Part shown: positions 49,195-57,685 of the stretch, piece by piece
How positions within the stretch are numbered: the first letter of the stretch is position 1
How the letters are laid out: each line of letters starts with the position of its first letter
Position numbers and translations under genes: made by a program
Assembly (NCBI GenBank): GCA_965277605.1
Contig: CBDIDF010000004.1
Coordinates: 845,045 to 909,044, forward strand
Length of the DNA stretch: 64,000 bases
Direction: 5' to 3'
DNA from: Solirubrobacteraceae bacterium
Lineage (GTDB): Bacteria; Actinomycetota; Thermoleophilia; Solirubrobacterales; Solirubrobacteraceae
The notes under the pieces: model-generated
Databases searched by the model: none
What the model was told of the DNA's origin: nothing
What the model saw: only the letters and a program-made list of their open reading frames with translations

Positions 49195-50271
49195 ATGGGG
49201 ATCGCCGCACCGCCCGCTCGCCGTGGCCGCCTGCGGCGGGCCGGCTGCTCGGAGCCGGGGATGACCCGGGTCCGACGCGGGAGGGGGTTCAGCTATGCCC
49301 GCGCCGACGGGAGCCCGATCCGCGACCCCGACGAGCTGCTGCGGGTCAAGGAGCTCGTCATCCCGCCGGCGTGGCGCGAGGTCTGGATCTGCGCCGACCC
49401 GCTCGGCCATCTCCAGGCGACCGGGGTCGACGCGGCCGGGCGCAAGCAGTACCTCTACCACCCGCGCTGGCGCGAGCAGCGCGACCGCAGAAAGTTCGAC
49501 CACATGCTCGACTTCGCCGTCGCCCTGCCGCGGCTGCGCCGCCGGGTGCTCGCCGCGCTCCGAACCGGCGATGCGCTCGACGAGGAGCGCGTGCTCGCCT
49601 GCGCGGTGCGGCTGCTCGACGTCGGGCTGTTCCGGATCGGCGGCGAGCAGTACGCCGACGACGAGGGCGGGGTCGGCCTGGCCACCGTGACCAAGGACCA
49701 CGTCACCCTGCACGAGGGCGAGGTGGTCTTCGACTACGTCGGCAAGGCCGGCAAGCACCAGCTCCAGGCCGTCTCAGACGAGCCGGCCGGCGCCGTCGTC
49801 CGCGCGCTCAAGCGGCGGCGCGGCGGCGACGATCAGCTGCTGGCCTACCGTGAGGCGGGCCGCTGGCACGGGGTGCGCTCCGAGCAGATCAGCGACCACC
49901 TCAAGGCCGAGATCGGCGACGCCTACAGCGCCAAGGACTTTCGCACCTGGAACGCGACCGTGCTCGCGGCGGTGTCGCTGGCGGCCGACGGGCGGGGGGT
50001 GACCACCAAGCGCGCTCGCAAGCGGGCGATGGACGGGGCGGTCCGCGGCGTCTCGGTGGTGCTCGGCAACACGCCGGCGGTCGCGCGGCGCTCCTACATC
50101 GACCCGCGGGTGTTCGATCGCTACCTGTCGGGGTGGACGATCGGCGGGGAGCTGGACCGGATCGGCCGCCTCCGGGGACCCGACGACCGCCGCCGAGCGC
50201 GGCTGGAGTCCGCGGTGCTCGACCTGCTGCACGACGACCGGGCCAGCCCGGCCGTCTCCCACGACGTCTGA
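49195..50271 (+). CDS. DNA topoisomerase IB (bacterial/poxvirus type)
   Basis: RLRRAG...RRGRGFSYARADGSPI...VIPPAWREVWIC...LQATGVDAAGRKQYLYH...SAKDFRTWNATV...VARRSYIDP is present, with the catalytic Tyr context. The start is uncertain among TTG 49162, ATG 49195 and ATG 49261; the conserved N-terminal RLRR block argues against 49261. Confidence 0.85.
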   Translation: MGIAAPPARRGRLRRAGCSEPGMTRVRRGRGFSYARADGSPIRDPDELLRVKELVIPPAWREVWICADPLGHLQATGVDAAGRKQYLYHPRWREQRDRRKFDHMLDFAVALPRLRRRVLAALRTGDALDEERVLACAVRLLDVGLFRIGGEQYADDEGGVGLATVTKDHVTLHEGEVVFDYVGKAGKHQLQAVSDEPAGAVVRALKRRRGGDDQLLAYREAGRWHGVRSEQISDHLKAEIGDAYSAKDFRTWNATVLAAVSLAADGRGVTTKRARKRAMDGAVRGVSVVLGNTPAVARRSYIDPRVFDRYLSGWTIGGELDRIGRLRGPDDRRRARLESAVLDLLHDDRASPAVSHDV

Positions 50272-50364
50272 CGACGTCGACGAGGTTTGAATGCGACGCG
50301 ACGCTTGCGCGCGGCGCACGCAGAGTGATAGAAAGGGCGCGTCTGCGACCAAGGGAGGTCAGCA

Positions 50365-51132
50365 ATGGCGGGGGTATCTGCGCCCGTTGCGGCCGTTCGC
50401 TCCAACGCGCTGTTCGACAGGTGGTTTCATCAACATGACCTGCAGGCGCGGGACGCGCTGATCGAGCGCTTCCTGCCGCTCGCGCGCAAGCTCGCCCGGC
50501 GCTACTCGGGCTCGAGCGAGCCCTACGACGACCTCGTCCAGGTCGCCAGCCTCGGCCTCGTCAAGGCGGTCGAGCGCTTCGACCCGACCCGCGGCTTCGC
50601 GTTCACCTCGTTCGCCGTCCCCACGATCGTCGGCGAGCTCAAGCGCTACTTCCGCGACGCCGCGTGGGCGCTGCACGTCGACCGCGGCGCCCAGGAGCGC
50701 GCCCGCCGGATCACCGACGCCCGGCGCGAGGTCAGCGCCCGGCACGGTCGCTCGCCCACCGTCGTCGAGCTCGCCGAGTACCTCGAGTGCAGCGAGGAGG
50801 AGGTTCTCGACGGACTGCAGACCGCCGAGGCCTACGACACGGTCTCGCTCGACGCGCCGCGCGGTGGCGACGGCGACACCGAGCGCCGCCTCGACATGCT
50901 CGGCGACGAGGACAACCGGCTCGAGCGCATCGACGACGAGGCGACCGTGTTCGCGGCCGCCCAGCACCTCCCTGAGCGCGACCGCCGGATCCTCTATCTG
51001 CGCTTCGGCGAGGACCTCACCCAGGCCGAGATCGCCGAGCTCGTCGGCGTCTCGCAGATGCAGGTCTCGCGGCTGCTGCGCAAGTCGGTGCGGCGCCTTC
51101 AGGAGCTCACCGCAGAGCACCCCGCCGCCTGA
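50365..51132 (+). CDS. Group 3 (SigB/SigF-type) RNA polymerase sigma factor, copy 1
   Basis: YDDLVQVASLGLVKAVERFDPTRGFAFTSFAVPTIVGELKRYFRD is region 2. Region 3 is present. LTQAEIAELVGVSQMQVSRLLRKS is region 4. An AAGGGAGG RBS lies upstream. Confidence 0.9.
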   Translation: MAGVSAPVAAVRSNALFDRWFHQHDLQARDALIERFLPLARKLARRYSGSSEPYDDLVQVASLGLVKAVERFDPTRGFAFTSFAVPTIVGELKRYFRDAAWALHVDRGAQERARRITDARREVSARHGRSPTVVELAEYLECSEEEVLDGLQTAEAYDTVSLDAPRGGDGDTERRLDMLGDEDNRLERIDDEATVFAAAQHLPERDRRILYLRFGEDLTQAEIAELVGVSQMQVSRLLRKSVRRLQELTAEHPAA

Positions 51133-51140
51133 GCGGTCGG

Positions 51141-51467
51141 TCAGTCGTCGGGCGGGGTCTCCGCGTCGCCCTCGCCGCTCGGAGCGGCACGGTCGTCCTC
51201 GTCCGGGCCGAGGGCATCCTGGATGATCCGTCCGGCGGAGTGCTCGTCGCCGTGGGAGGCGTGCTCCTGGAGCTCGGCCTCGGCGAGCTCGAACCCCTCG
51301 GACTCGCCCTCGCCGGCCTCGCTGAGCGGTCGCTGCGCCTCGTCCATCTCCAGCTCGGCCTCGGTCGGCGGCTCTGAGGAGACGTGGCCGCCGATCGCGG
51401 CGGCCTCCGCGGCGGCCGCGTCCTCCTGCTCGCGTTCGAACTCGGATCCTGACTGTGACTCGGGCAT
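51141..51467 (-). CDS. Small highly acidic hypothetical protein
   Basis: 108 aa starting at ATG 51467: MPESQSGSEFEREQEDAAAAE...DEHSAGRIIQDALGPDEDDR...PPDD. It is very Asp/Glu-rich with no TM. It lies 56 nt downstream of the dehydrogenase gene on the same strand. Confidence 0.45.
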   Translation of the reverse strand: MPESQSGSEFEREQEDAAAAEAAAIGGHVSSEPPTEAELEMDEAQRPLSEAGEGESEGFELAEAELQEHASHGDEHSAGRIIQDALGPDEDDRAAPSGEGDAETPPDD

Positions 51468-51523
51468 GGGAAGCCCCTTTCGTCTCGTTGCGTGAAGGAT
51501 CGACGCGCGCCGGCCGCGCGGCG

Positions 51524-52408
51524 TCAGGACCGCGCCGACGAGGCGCTCGCCCAGTAGGTCGCGGCCATGTCCTCGTCGCCGTGGCCGTCGGCCTCGGCGC
51601 GGCGCAACCGTGCGAGCGCGCCCTGCATCATCGGCAGCTCCAGGCCCGCCTCGTCGGCGGCGGCGAGCACGAGCTCGGCGTCCTTGCGGGCCAGCGAGAG
51701 GGCGAAGGACACGTCGTCGAAGGACCGCTGAACCATCGGCGGGCCCTTGAGCCGGGCGTAGGGAAGGTCGAGCGCGCCGCCCTCGATCGCGTCGAAGAAC
51801 ACCTGCGGGTCGACGGACATCCCCTCCGCGAGCGTGATCGTCTCGGCGAGGACACCGACGATGCCGATCACCCAGCTGTTGATCATCACCTTGGCCGCCG
51901 AGCCGGCGCCGGACTCGCCGAGCCAGATCGTGCGCCCGCCGACGGCCGCGAAGACGGGGTCGGCCGCGGGACGTGCGGATTCCGGACCGGAGCCGAGGAT
52001 GATGAGCTGGCCCTGCTCGGCGGGGGCGCGCGTACCGAGCACCGGCGCGTCGACGAACGTGACGCCGCGGTCGTCGGCGAGCTCCTCGCAGCGCTCGGTG
52101 CCGGGACCGCCGATCGTGCTCATCTGGATCCAGACACGATCCCCGTCCGCCGTGGCCGCCCCGTCGGCGCCCAGCGCCCGGCCGGCGACGTCGAGCACCG
52201 TCTCGGCGTCGGAGAGCATCGTCACGATGATCGGGCACTCCCCGGCCGCCGCCGCCGGGTCCTCGTAGACCTGGATGCCGTCGGACCGAAGCGGTCGTGA
52301 CCTCTCGGGCGTGCGGTTCCACGCGTGCACCGCGAACCCGGCGTCGTTGAGGTTGCGGGCCATCGGCAGGCCCATCACGCCGGTGCCCAGGAACGCGAGA
52401 TCGGTCAT
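51524..52408 (-). CDS. NAD(P)-dependent oxidoreductase, 3-hydroxyisobutyrate/6-phosphogluconate dehydrogenase family
   Basis: LAFLGTGVMGLPMARNL is the Rossmann motif, and DAPVLGT and SGAGSAAKVMINS are present. The start is ATG 52408, 3 nt after the upstream stop. Confidence 0.85.
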   Translation of the reverse strand: MTDLAFLGTGVMGLPMARNLNDAGFAVHAWNRTPERSRPLRSDGIQVYEDPAAAAGECPIIVTMLSDAETVLDVAGRALGADGAATADGDRVWIQMSTIGGPGTERCEELADDRGVTFVDAPVLGTRAPAEQGQLIILGSGPESARPAADPVFAAVGGRTIWLGESGAGSAAKVMINSWVIGIVGVLAETITLAEGMSVDPQVFFDAIEGGALDLPYARLKGPPMVQRSFDDVSFALSLARKDAELVLAAADEAGLELPMMQGALARLRRAEADGHGDEDMAATYWASASSARS

Positions 52409-52410
52409 CG

Positions 52411-53364
52411 TCAGGTCCCCTGGACGTGCAGTCGCAGCGTCGCCCCGCCGGACCCGCTGCGCAGCTCGACGAGGTCGCAGACCTGGTTGATCAGCCACAG
52501 CCCGCGGCCGTCGACGTCGTCGGAGATCGGGCGGCGACGACCGGCGAGCGGATCGGCGATCTGCGTCGCGGTGGCGACCTCGGTCACGACCCGGTCGCCG
52601 TCGCGCCAGACCCTCGTGCGACAGGCGCCGTCGCCGTGGCGGACCGCGTTGGTCACCGCCTCGTTGACGGCGAGCACGAGGTCCTCGCAGCGGCGGCGGT
52701 CGAGATCGACGACGAGGGGATCGCCGGCGACGGCCTCGCGCAGCGCATGCAGGTCGCCGTCGAAGGCGTGCTCGGACACCGATCCCGCGGGCTCGGCCTG
52801 CGGCCAGAACGCGCCGGTGGCCAGCTCGACCGGATCGCCGTACAGGATCGACCCGCGCGGACCGGCGTCGTCGATCAGCTGCGGATGGGTCATCTCGACG
52901 CCGGTGAGGACGTCGCCGTCGAGATGCTCGGCGTCGTAGGGGCACAGCACGCTCACCGGCGTCTGCGCGAGCAGGACGTTGGTCAGCGCCTCGTGGCGCA
53001 GGCACTCGGTCGACTCCGCGTAGCTGCGTCCCGGCCACATCGGCTCGCTGATGACGCGAGCCCGGCCGCCCCGTCCTCGGTGGGCCGCCAGCCATTCCTC
53101 GACCATCGGAAGCAGGCAGTTGGGGTTGCGCCCGACCTCGTTCATGTCCTCCCAGCGCACGTCCGCGCCGGCGGGGGCCACGGCGCCGTCGAGCAGCTCG
53201 AGGTTGGCCCGCGGCAGCACCGCGAGCACGGGCTCGTCCGCCTGCGCCGCGTCGAGCAGGAACTCGTGGACGGCGGCCTGGAGCTGGCGGGGGTCGCGGT
53301 AGAACAGCGCGGCGTGGACGAGCGCGCCGTCGCCGCGGTCAGGTATGAAGGCGATCGAGGTCAT
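52411..53364 (-). CDS. MEDS-domain protein fused to an RsbW-like HATPase (anti-sigma regulatory kinase-like)
   Basis: The N-terminal ~170 aa reads HAALFYRDPRQLQAAVHEFLLDA...PVLAVL...ARVISEPMW, a MEDS-like pattern. The C-terminal part, DLVLAVNEAVTNAVRHG...GRGLWLINQVCDLVEL, is a GHKL ATP-binding fold. Confidence 0.7.
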   Translation of the reverse strand: MTSIAFIPDRGDGALVHAALFYRDPRQLQAAVHEFLLDAAQADEPVLAVLPRANLELLDGAVAPAGADVRWEDMNEVGRNPNCLLPMVEEWLAAHRGRGGRARVISEPMWPGRSYAESTECLRHEALTNVLLAQTPVSVLCPYDAEHLDGDVLTGVEMTHPQLIDDAGPRGSILYGDPVELATGAFWPQAEPAGSVSEHAFDGDLHALREAVAGDPLVVDLDRRRCEDLVLAVNEAVTNAVRHGDGACRTRVWRDGDRVVTEVATATQIADPLAGRRRPISDDVDGRGLWLINQVCDLVELRSGSGGATLRLHVQGT

Positions 53365-53467
53365 GCAGAAATGTGCGTATGACTACCGTTACCTGCCCGC
53401 AGCACTTCCAAACGCCGCGTCGGGGCGCCGCAGCGTCGGCATCGCCGCGCGCGAGCAGGTAGGCTCG

Positions 53468-53818
53468 GTGCCGGTGCAAGACGAGTTTCAGGTGCGAGTC
53501 CGCAGGGAAGGTCCCTCCGCGCTGATCGCGGTGAGCGGCGAGCTGGACCTGGCGTCGGGCCCCGCGCTGGAATCCGAGCTCGAGCGGGTCGCCACGCCTG
53601 ACACGACGCTCGTCGTCGTCGACCTGCGCGAGCTGGAGTTCATGGACTCCACCGGGCTGAGCATCATCGTGCGCGCCCATCAGCGCCTCGCCGAGTCCGG
53701 GTGCGAGCTGGGCCTCGTCCAGGGGTCGCCGCAGGTCCAGCGCCTGCTCGACCTGACCGGAGTCGCGGAGCGGCTGCGGCTCGTCGCCGCGCCGGAAGAG
53801 CTGCTCAACGGACACTGA
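53468..53818 (+). CDS. STAS-domain anti-sigma-factor antagonist (RsbV/SpoIIAA-like)
   Basis: IAVSGELDLASGPALESEL...VVVDLRELEFMDSTGLSIIV is present, with the phosphorylatable Ser in DSTG. I chose the GTG start at 53468. Confidence 0.85.
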   Translation: MPVQDEFQVRVRREGPSALIAVSGELDLASGPALESELERVATPDTTLVVVDLRELEFMDSTGLSIIVRAHQRLAESGCELGLVQGSPQVQRLLDLTGVAERLRLVAAPEELLNGH

Positions 53819-53822
53819 CCCC

Positions 53823-55502
53823 GTGGCCGAGGGCATCGGACTCGGCGAGCGCATCCTCGGCGGATCGGAGCCGGAGCTCGCCGAGCTGCTCGAGCTGCTC
53901 GGCGAGTCGATCACGATCCGCGACCGCGAGGACCGCTTCGTCTACGCCAACCGCGCCGCGCTGCGCACCCTCGGCATCGCGTCGCTGGAGGATCTGGTCG
54001 GGCTCCCGCTGAGCGCGCTGCTGGACCGGTACGTCGTCCGCGACGAGCACGGACGACCGTTGGGGCGCGATGCGATCCCGTCGGTGGCACTGCTGGAGGC
54101 CGGCCACCCACCCGAGCCGGTGCTCGTGCAGACGATCGAGCGGGCGACCGGCGAGATGCGCTGGGAGATGCTCAGGGCGACCCCGCTGCGCGATCGCGAC
54201 GGCGTCGCGATCGCCGCCGTGACGATGATCGAGAACGTCACCGCGGTCAAGACCGCCGAGGTGCACATGCGGGTGCTCGCGGAGTCCGGGCGGCTCCTGT
54301 CGTCCTCGCTGGACTACCAGGAGACGCTTCGCAACGTCGCCCAGGTGGCGCTGCCGGGACTCGCGGACCTGTGCCTCGTCGAGCTGCTGCACGGGCGCGT
54401 CCGCCGGCAGGTGGTCGTCGCCCACGTCGACCCCGCGCTGGCGCCGCTGGCCGCCCGCCTGCGCGAGCTCGAACCGGCGCAGCCGCCGGCGGAGTCCGCG
54501 GTCGCTCGCGTGATCGCGACGGGCGAGAGCGAGGTCGTGCTGACGGTCTCCGACGAGCATCTGCGTCAGGTAGCGGTGTCCGACGAGCAGCTCGACGTGC
54601 TCCGTGCGCTCGAGATCCGCTCGGCGATCATCGTCCCGATGGGGGTGGCGGGCAGGATCATCGGCGTGATGTCCTTCTTCACCTCGGTGTCGCGCCGGCG
54701 CCTGACCGACGAGGACGTCGCGCTCGCCGAGCAGCTGGCGCGCCGGGCGGCGGTCGCCACCGAGAACGCACGGCTGCACACGACGCTCACCGACGTCTCC
54801 GAGACGCTGCAGCACAGCCTGCTGCCGACGCCGCTGCCCGACGTCCCCGGCTGGGAGATCGAGGCGCTCTGGCGCCCGGCGCTCGCCGAGCAGAGGATCG
54901 AGGTCGGCGGGGACTTCTACGAGGTGTTCTCCACCGCCGGCAACGCGTTCGCGATGATCGGCGACGTCACCGGCCACGGCGTGGCCGCCGCGACGATGAC
55001 GTCGCTGATGCGCTACGGGGCGCGGTTCGCGAGCCACCTCGAGCCCGATCCGGTGGCGATCGTGCGCCGGCTCGACGAGGAGCTGCGTCGCCGCGACCGG
55101 CCGACGCTGTGCTCGGCGCTGTGCGCGGCCCTGCACGAGCGCACGCTCGTCCTGTGCTCGGCCGGCCACCCGGCCGCCCTGATCGTCGACGCGACCGGGT
55201 CGGTGTCCGCGGCGCCGAGCTCCGGGCCGCTGCTCGGCGCGTTCCCCGACAGCGTCTGGCATCAGGAGCGCGTGACGGTCGACGACGGCGACCTCGTGCT
55301 GCTGTTCACCGACGGGGTCGTCGAGACCGCGGGCACCGAGGAGCGCTACGGGACCGAGCGCCTGCGCGAGTTCCTCGGCCATCACGCCGGCAGCGCGCCT
55401 CAACCGCTGCTGGACGCGCTCGATTCCGAGCTGGAGCGATTCCGCGGTGGGGAGCCGACCGACGACGTCGCCGCGCTCGCGCTGCGCCCGCGATCGAGCT
55501 GA
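53823..55502 (+). CDS. PAS-GAF-PP2C (SpoIIE/RsbU-type) serine phosphatase
   Basis: The PAS-like N-terminus is ITIRDREDRFVYANRAALRTLG. The GAF-like middle is LDYQETLRNVAQVALPGLADLCLVELL. The PP2C part has GGDFYEVF, IGDVTGHGVAAATMTS and LLFTDGVVE. Confidence 0.85.
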   Translation: MAEGIGLGERILGGSEPELAELLELLGESITIRDREDRFVYANRAALRTLGIASLEDLVGLPLSALLDRYVVRDEHGRPLGRDAIPSVALLEAGHPPEPVLVQTIERATGEMRWEMLRATPLRDRDGVAIAAVTMIENVTAVKTAEVHMRVLAESGRLLSSSLDYQETLRNVAQVALPGLADLCLVELLHGRVRRQVVVAHVDPALAPLAARLRELEPAQPPAESAVARVIATGESEVVLTVSDEHLRQVAVSDEQLDVLRALEIRSAIIVPMGVAGRIIGVMSFFTSVSRRRLTDEDVALAEQLARRAAVATENARLHTTLTDVSETLQHSLLPTPLPDVPGWEIEALWRPALAEQRIEVGGDFYEVFSTAGNAFAMIGDVTGHGVAAATMTSLMRYGARFASHLEPDPVAIVRRLDEELRRRDRPTLCSALCAALHERTLVLCSAGHPAALIVDATGSVSAAPSSGPLLGAFPDSVWHQERVTVDDGDLVLLFTDGVVETAGTEERYGTERLREFLGHHAGSAPQPLLDALDSELERFRGGEPTDDVAALALRPRSS

Positions 55503-55512
55503 GCGACCCGCG

Positions 55513-56352
55513 TCAGCGGCGGTGGTCGACGACGACGACGTTGACCAGCTCGTCGCCACCGTGGTCCTGCACGGAGATCTCATCGGCGAGCAGCGCCAGC
55601 GGCGAGCTGACCGTGTGGGCGTCGCGCGCCCCCAGGACCGCCCCGGTGCCGCGGCGAAACGGCCCGACGACGAGCTCGAGCCGCCGCTCGCCGGCCATCA
55701 GCCGCGCGCTGATCCGCTCCCCCGACGCCGACTGCGCCGCGTGGGCGGCGAGCGTGTCGGTGATCAGATAGACGTCGGAGAAGCGATCGAGCGAGAAGTG
55801 GGCGGTCGCCGCGAGCGTGCGCGCGAGCCGCCCCAGAACACCCGTGAGCAGCGCGACGGGCGACAGCGAGACCGCGATCTCGCCGTCGGAGACCGGGCCG
55901 AGCGGGAGATCGGCGACCGCGGCGCCGGGAAGGGTGAACAGCGGGATCTCGCCGCGGTGGGCCGCGAAGTCCATCCGCACCTCGGTACCACCACCCGGGC
56001 GGCCGACGAAGCGCGCCTCACGGGCGAGCGCCTCGATGACCGAGACCCCGATCCCGTGCGACTCATCGAGCCCCGCCGACGTGGTCTGCAGCCCGACGCC
56101 CGCGTCCTGCACGACCACGCGGATTGCGTCCTCGTCGACGAACACGCGGACCTCCATCGGGCCCGGCTCCGAACCGTAGGCGTGCAGCACGACGTTGTTG
56201 CAGGCCTCCGAGACCGAGGTCTTGAGATCGTCGAGCAGCTCGGGATCCATGTCGAGCAGTTCGGCCACGCCACTGAGCATCCCTCTGACGATCGTGAGGG
56301 TCTGGGGTCTGCTCGTGAGCCGCAGACCGACGATTGGTCCTTCCGTGTTCAC
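55513..56352 (-). CDS. RsbW-like HATPase anti-sigma kinase with an unassigned ~145-aa C-terminal extension
   Basis: I chose the GTG start at 56352, 61 nt downstream of the stop of sigma copy 2. The N-terminal ~135 aa (TIVRGMLSGVAELL...VSEACNNVVLHAY...VQDAGVGL...GIGVSVIEAL) is a GHKL fold. The remainder (EIPLFTLPGAAVADL...ELVNVVVVDHRR) has no motif I recognise. Confidence 0.7.
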   Translation of the reverse strand: MNTEGPIVGLRLTSRPQTLTIVRGMLSGVAELLDMDPELLDDLKTSVSEACNNVVLHAYGSEPGPMEVRVFVDEDAIRVVVQDAGVGLQTTSAGLDESHGIGVSVIEALAREARFVGRPGGGTEVRMDFAAHRGEIPLFTLPGAAVADLPLGPVSDGEIAVSLSPVALLTGVLGRLARTLAATAHFSLDRFSDVYLITDTLAAHAAQSASGERISARLMAGERRLELVVGPFRRGTGAVLGARDAHTVSSPLALLADEISVQDHGGDELVNVVVVDHRR

Positions 56353-56413
56353 CGACGCTGGACCATCTGCCCGGCGGCGAAGCTCGTCAAACCGGCCGGG
56401 CCCGCGGCCGGCG

Positions 56414-57205
56414 TCAGTCTTCGGTGAGCTCGCCCAGCCGGGTGACGGCGCGGCGCAGGATCCGGGAGATCTGCATCTGCGAGACGCCCACGCGGCCGGC
56501 GATCTGGGTTTGGGTGAGATCCTCGACGAAGCGCAGGCGCAGCACCTCGCGCTCGCGCTGCGAGAGATGGCGGGCCGCCTCGTCGACGGTGACGCGAGCG
56601 TCGGCGAGCAGCAGCGCCGGGTCCTCGGAGCCGAAGCTGTCGACGACGGTCGCGCCATCGCTCTCGCCGTCGTCGTGGGGAGCGTCGAGCGAGGAGGCGT
56701 GGTGAGCGCGCGCGGTCTCGAGCGCGTCGAGCACGTCCTCGGTCTCGATCTCGAGGTACTGGGCCAGCTCGTGCACGGTCGGCGCGTGGCCCGAGCGCGC
56801 GCTCAGGCGCTGCTGGGCCTCCTCGACCTTGACCGCCAGCTCTTGAGCGCCGCGCGGCACGTGGACGGCCCACCCCAGATCGCGGAAGTAGCGCTTGAGC
56901 TCGCCGAGGATCGTCGGCACCGCGAAGGACGAGAACGCGGTCCCGCGCTGCAGGTCGTAGCGGTCGACCGCCTTGACCAACCCGAGGCTGGCGACCTGCA
57001 GCAGGTCGTCGAACGGCTCCCGGGCGCCGTTGTAGCGGCGGGCGAGCTTGCGGGCGAGCGGGAGGAAGCGCCGGACGAGCTCGTCCCGAGCGCCGCGATC
57101 CTTGCGCTCGCGCCAGGCGACGAACAGCTCCTCGGTCGCGACCCGGCTGGCGGCGTTCGCCCGGGCTCGGCGAGCAGGCGACGGCGCGATATCGGGAACG
57201 GGCAT
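56414..57205 (-). CDS. Group 3 (SigB/SigF-type) RNA polymerase sigma factor, copy 2
   Basis: FDDLLQVASLGLVKAVDRYDLQRGTAFSSFAVPTILGELKRYFRD and LTQTQIAGRVGVSQMQISRILRRA are present. It is a clear paralog of 50365-51132. Confidence 0.9.
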   Translation of the reverse strand: MPVPDIAPSPARRARANAASRVATEELFVAWRERKDRGARDELVRRFLPLARKLARRYNGAREPFDDLLQVASLGLVKAVDRYDLQRGTAFSSFAVPTILGELKRYFRDLGWAVHVPRGAQELAVKVEEAQQRLSARSGHAPTVHELAQYLEIETEDVLDALETARAHHASSLDAPHDDGESDGATVVDSFGSEDPALLLADARVTVDEAARHLSQREREVLRLRFVEDLTQTQIAGRVGVSQMQISRILRRAVTRLGELTED

Positions 57206-57493
57206 CGTCCGGGGGCTTACCCGAATCGGGCTAGCCCAATCAGCGGCGCCGAGGGTCGCTCACACGCAGTTTCGCTCGGGCGGCCCCGATCGCGCTCCTG
57301 CCATCGGCGAATCGTGTCGGAGCTCGCGCTGAAGTCACCGGGCAGCCGACGGGTCCGGACGAGCAGCTGACCGGTCAGCAAATGGGCACTGACGCTGCGG
57401 CGCTTGAGTTAACGATCGCCTGAGTTCGCGGAGGGTCCGCTCTGAGCGGCGAGAAAGCGGTCGCGAGGCGTCAGGTCAGGTCACGATGCGCTC

Positions 57494-57685
57494 GTGAAGC
57501 GACGTGATCTTGAGCGATATCTTCGCGCGAGCGGCTGCCGGTTGGTCGGCGAGGGCGCCAACCACGCCAGTGGCGGGCCGAATGGGGCGCCATCCGCGGT
57601 TCCGCGTCACAACGAGATCGCACCGGGCACCGCGCGCGCGATCTGCCGCCAGCTCGGAATCGACCCTCCGAGCGGTCCGCAGTAG
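57494..57685 (+). CDS. hicA: HicA-family toxin-like small protein (orphan)
   Basis: 63 aa with a GTG start: MKRRDLERYLRASGCRLVGEGANHA...AVPRHNEIAPGTARAICRQLGIDPP. This fits the HicA/YcfA dsRBD-like pattern, including the conserved His. Confidence 0.65.
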   Translation: MKRRDLERYLRASGCRLVGEGANHASGGPNGAPSAVPRHNEIAPGTARAICRQLGIDPPSGPQ

